DNA of 62,353 nucleotides, filler included, from Nemertoderma westbladi (lineage: Eukaryota; Animalia; Xenacoelomorpha): assembly GCA_032718475.1 (NCBI GenBank). It is 4 parts of 4 records of this genome, joined end to end, with 100 filler letters (N's around TTAATTAATTAA, not from the genome) between each part and the next. Parts side by side here need not be neighbours in the genome. Positions count along the whole stretch, not along the records: positions 50,104 to 62,353 come from JAUCBJ010006060.1; 3 more parts are not named here. One strand, given 5' to 3'. Below, piece by piece: positions 62,159 to 62,353 of the stretch. Both the position numbers and the translations under genes were made by a program. How positions within the stretch are numbered: the stretch's first letter is position 1; every line of letters starts with the position of its first letter. The notes under the pieces are model-generated. The model did no database searches, was not told the origin of the DNA, and saw only the letters and a program-made list of their open reading frames with translations.

Positions 62159-62353
62159 GCTATGCTGAGCCTAGCTGAGCTGAGGTGTATTGTATTACTA
62201 TATTTCTCGTGCACATTTTTCGTTATTTATTCGTGCTACTGTCTCTTAATCTAGGGTTCACACCCTTCAGCACCCGGCTCGACCGTGGAGCTGTAAATCC
62301 CTTTATTATTATTATTATTATTAACACACTTTAACGAGTTAGCAATAAACGGT

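Larger units (their letters stand above)
58191..62320 (+). mobile_element. Full-length CR1-group LINE
   Basis: 5' UTR, ORF1, APE-RT ORF2, 3' UTR ending ctgtaaatcccttt(att)n; TSD ttaaca (58185-58190, 62321-62326). Confidence 0.9.

Overview
Eukaryotic, repeat-rich genomic DNA from an invertebrate animal (probably bilaterian); not prokaryotic and no CRISPR. The window is four contigs joined by three identical artificial spacers (N44-TTAATTAATTAA-N44 at 24010-24109, 39889-39988 and 50004-50103), so adjacency across spacers carries no meaning. Contig 1 has two arrays of a ~93-96 bp satellite, a deleted Gypsy LTR element with (TAG)123 at one LTR end, several BEL/Pao LTR elements (one nested in another) and an RTE fragment. 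Contig 2 has an intron-containing piggyBac interrupted by an EnSpm/CACTA-type element; a zinc-ribbon+PWWP gene lies upstream of that transposase, and the element is itself invaded by a Penelope element, a LINE and a SINE. Contig 3 has three exons of an ADCY3-like adenylyl cyclase; one intron holds a MULE-type foldback MITE and an RTE LINE containing a tandem 412-bp tRNA-head + hammerhead-ribozyme element (retrozyme-like). Contig 4 has the first two coding exons of an MRCK (CDC42BP) kinase, a BEL gag fragment, an L2 fragment, and an IS3EU-type transposase split by an RTE and by a full-length CR1 whose ORF1 and ORF2 are in frame across a UGA-CUA stop. Best leads: the tRNA-headed hammerhead retrozyme, the PWWP gene beside the CACTA transposase, and probable stop-codon readthrough in the CR1. 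All family assignments come from motif recognition by eye, not database searches.
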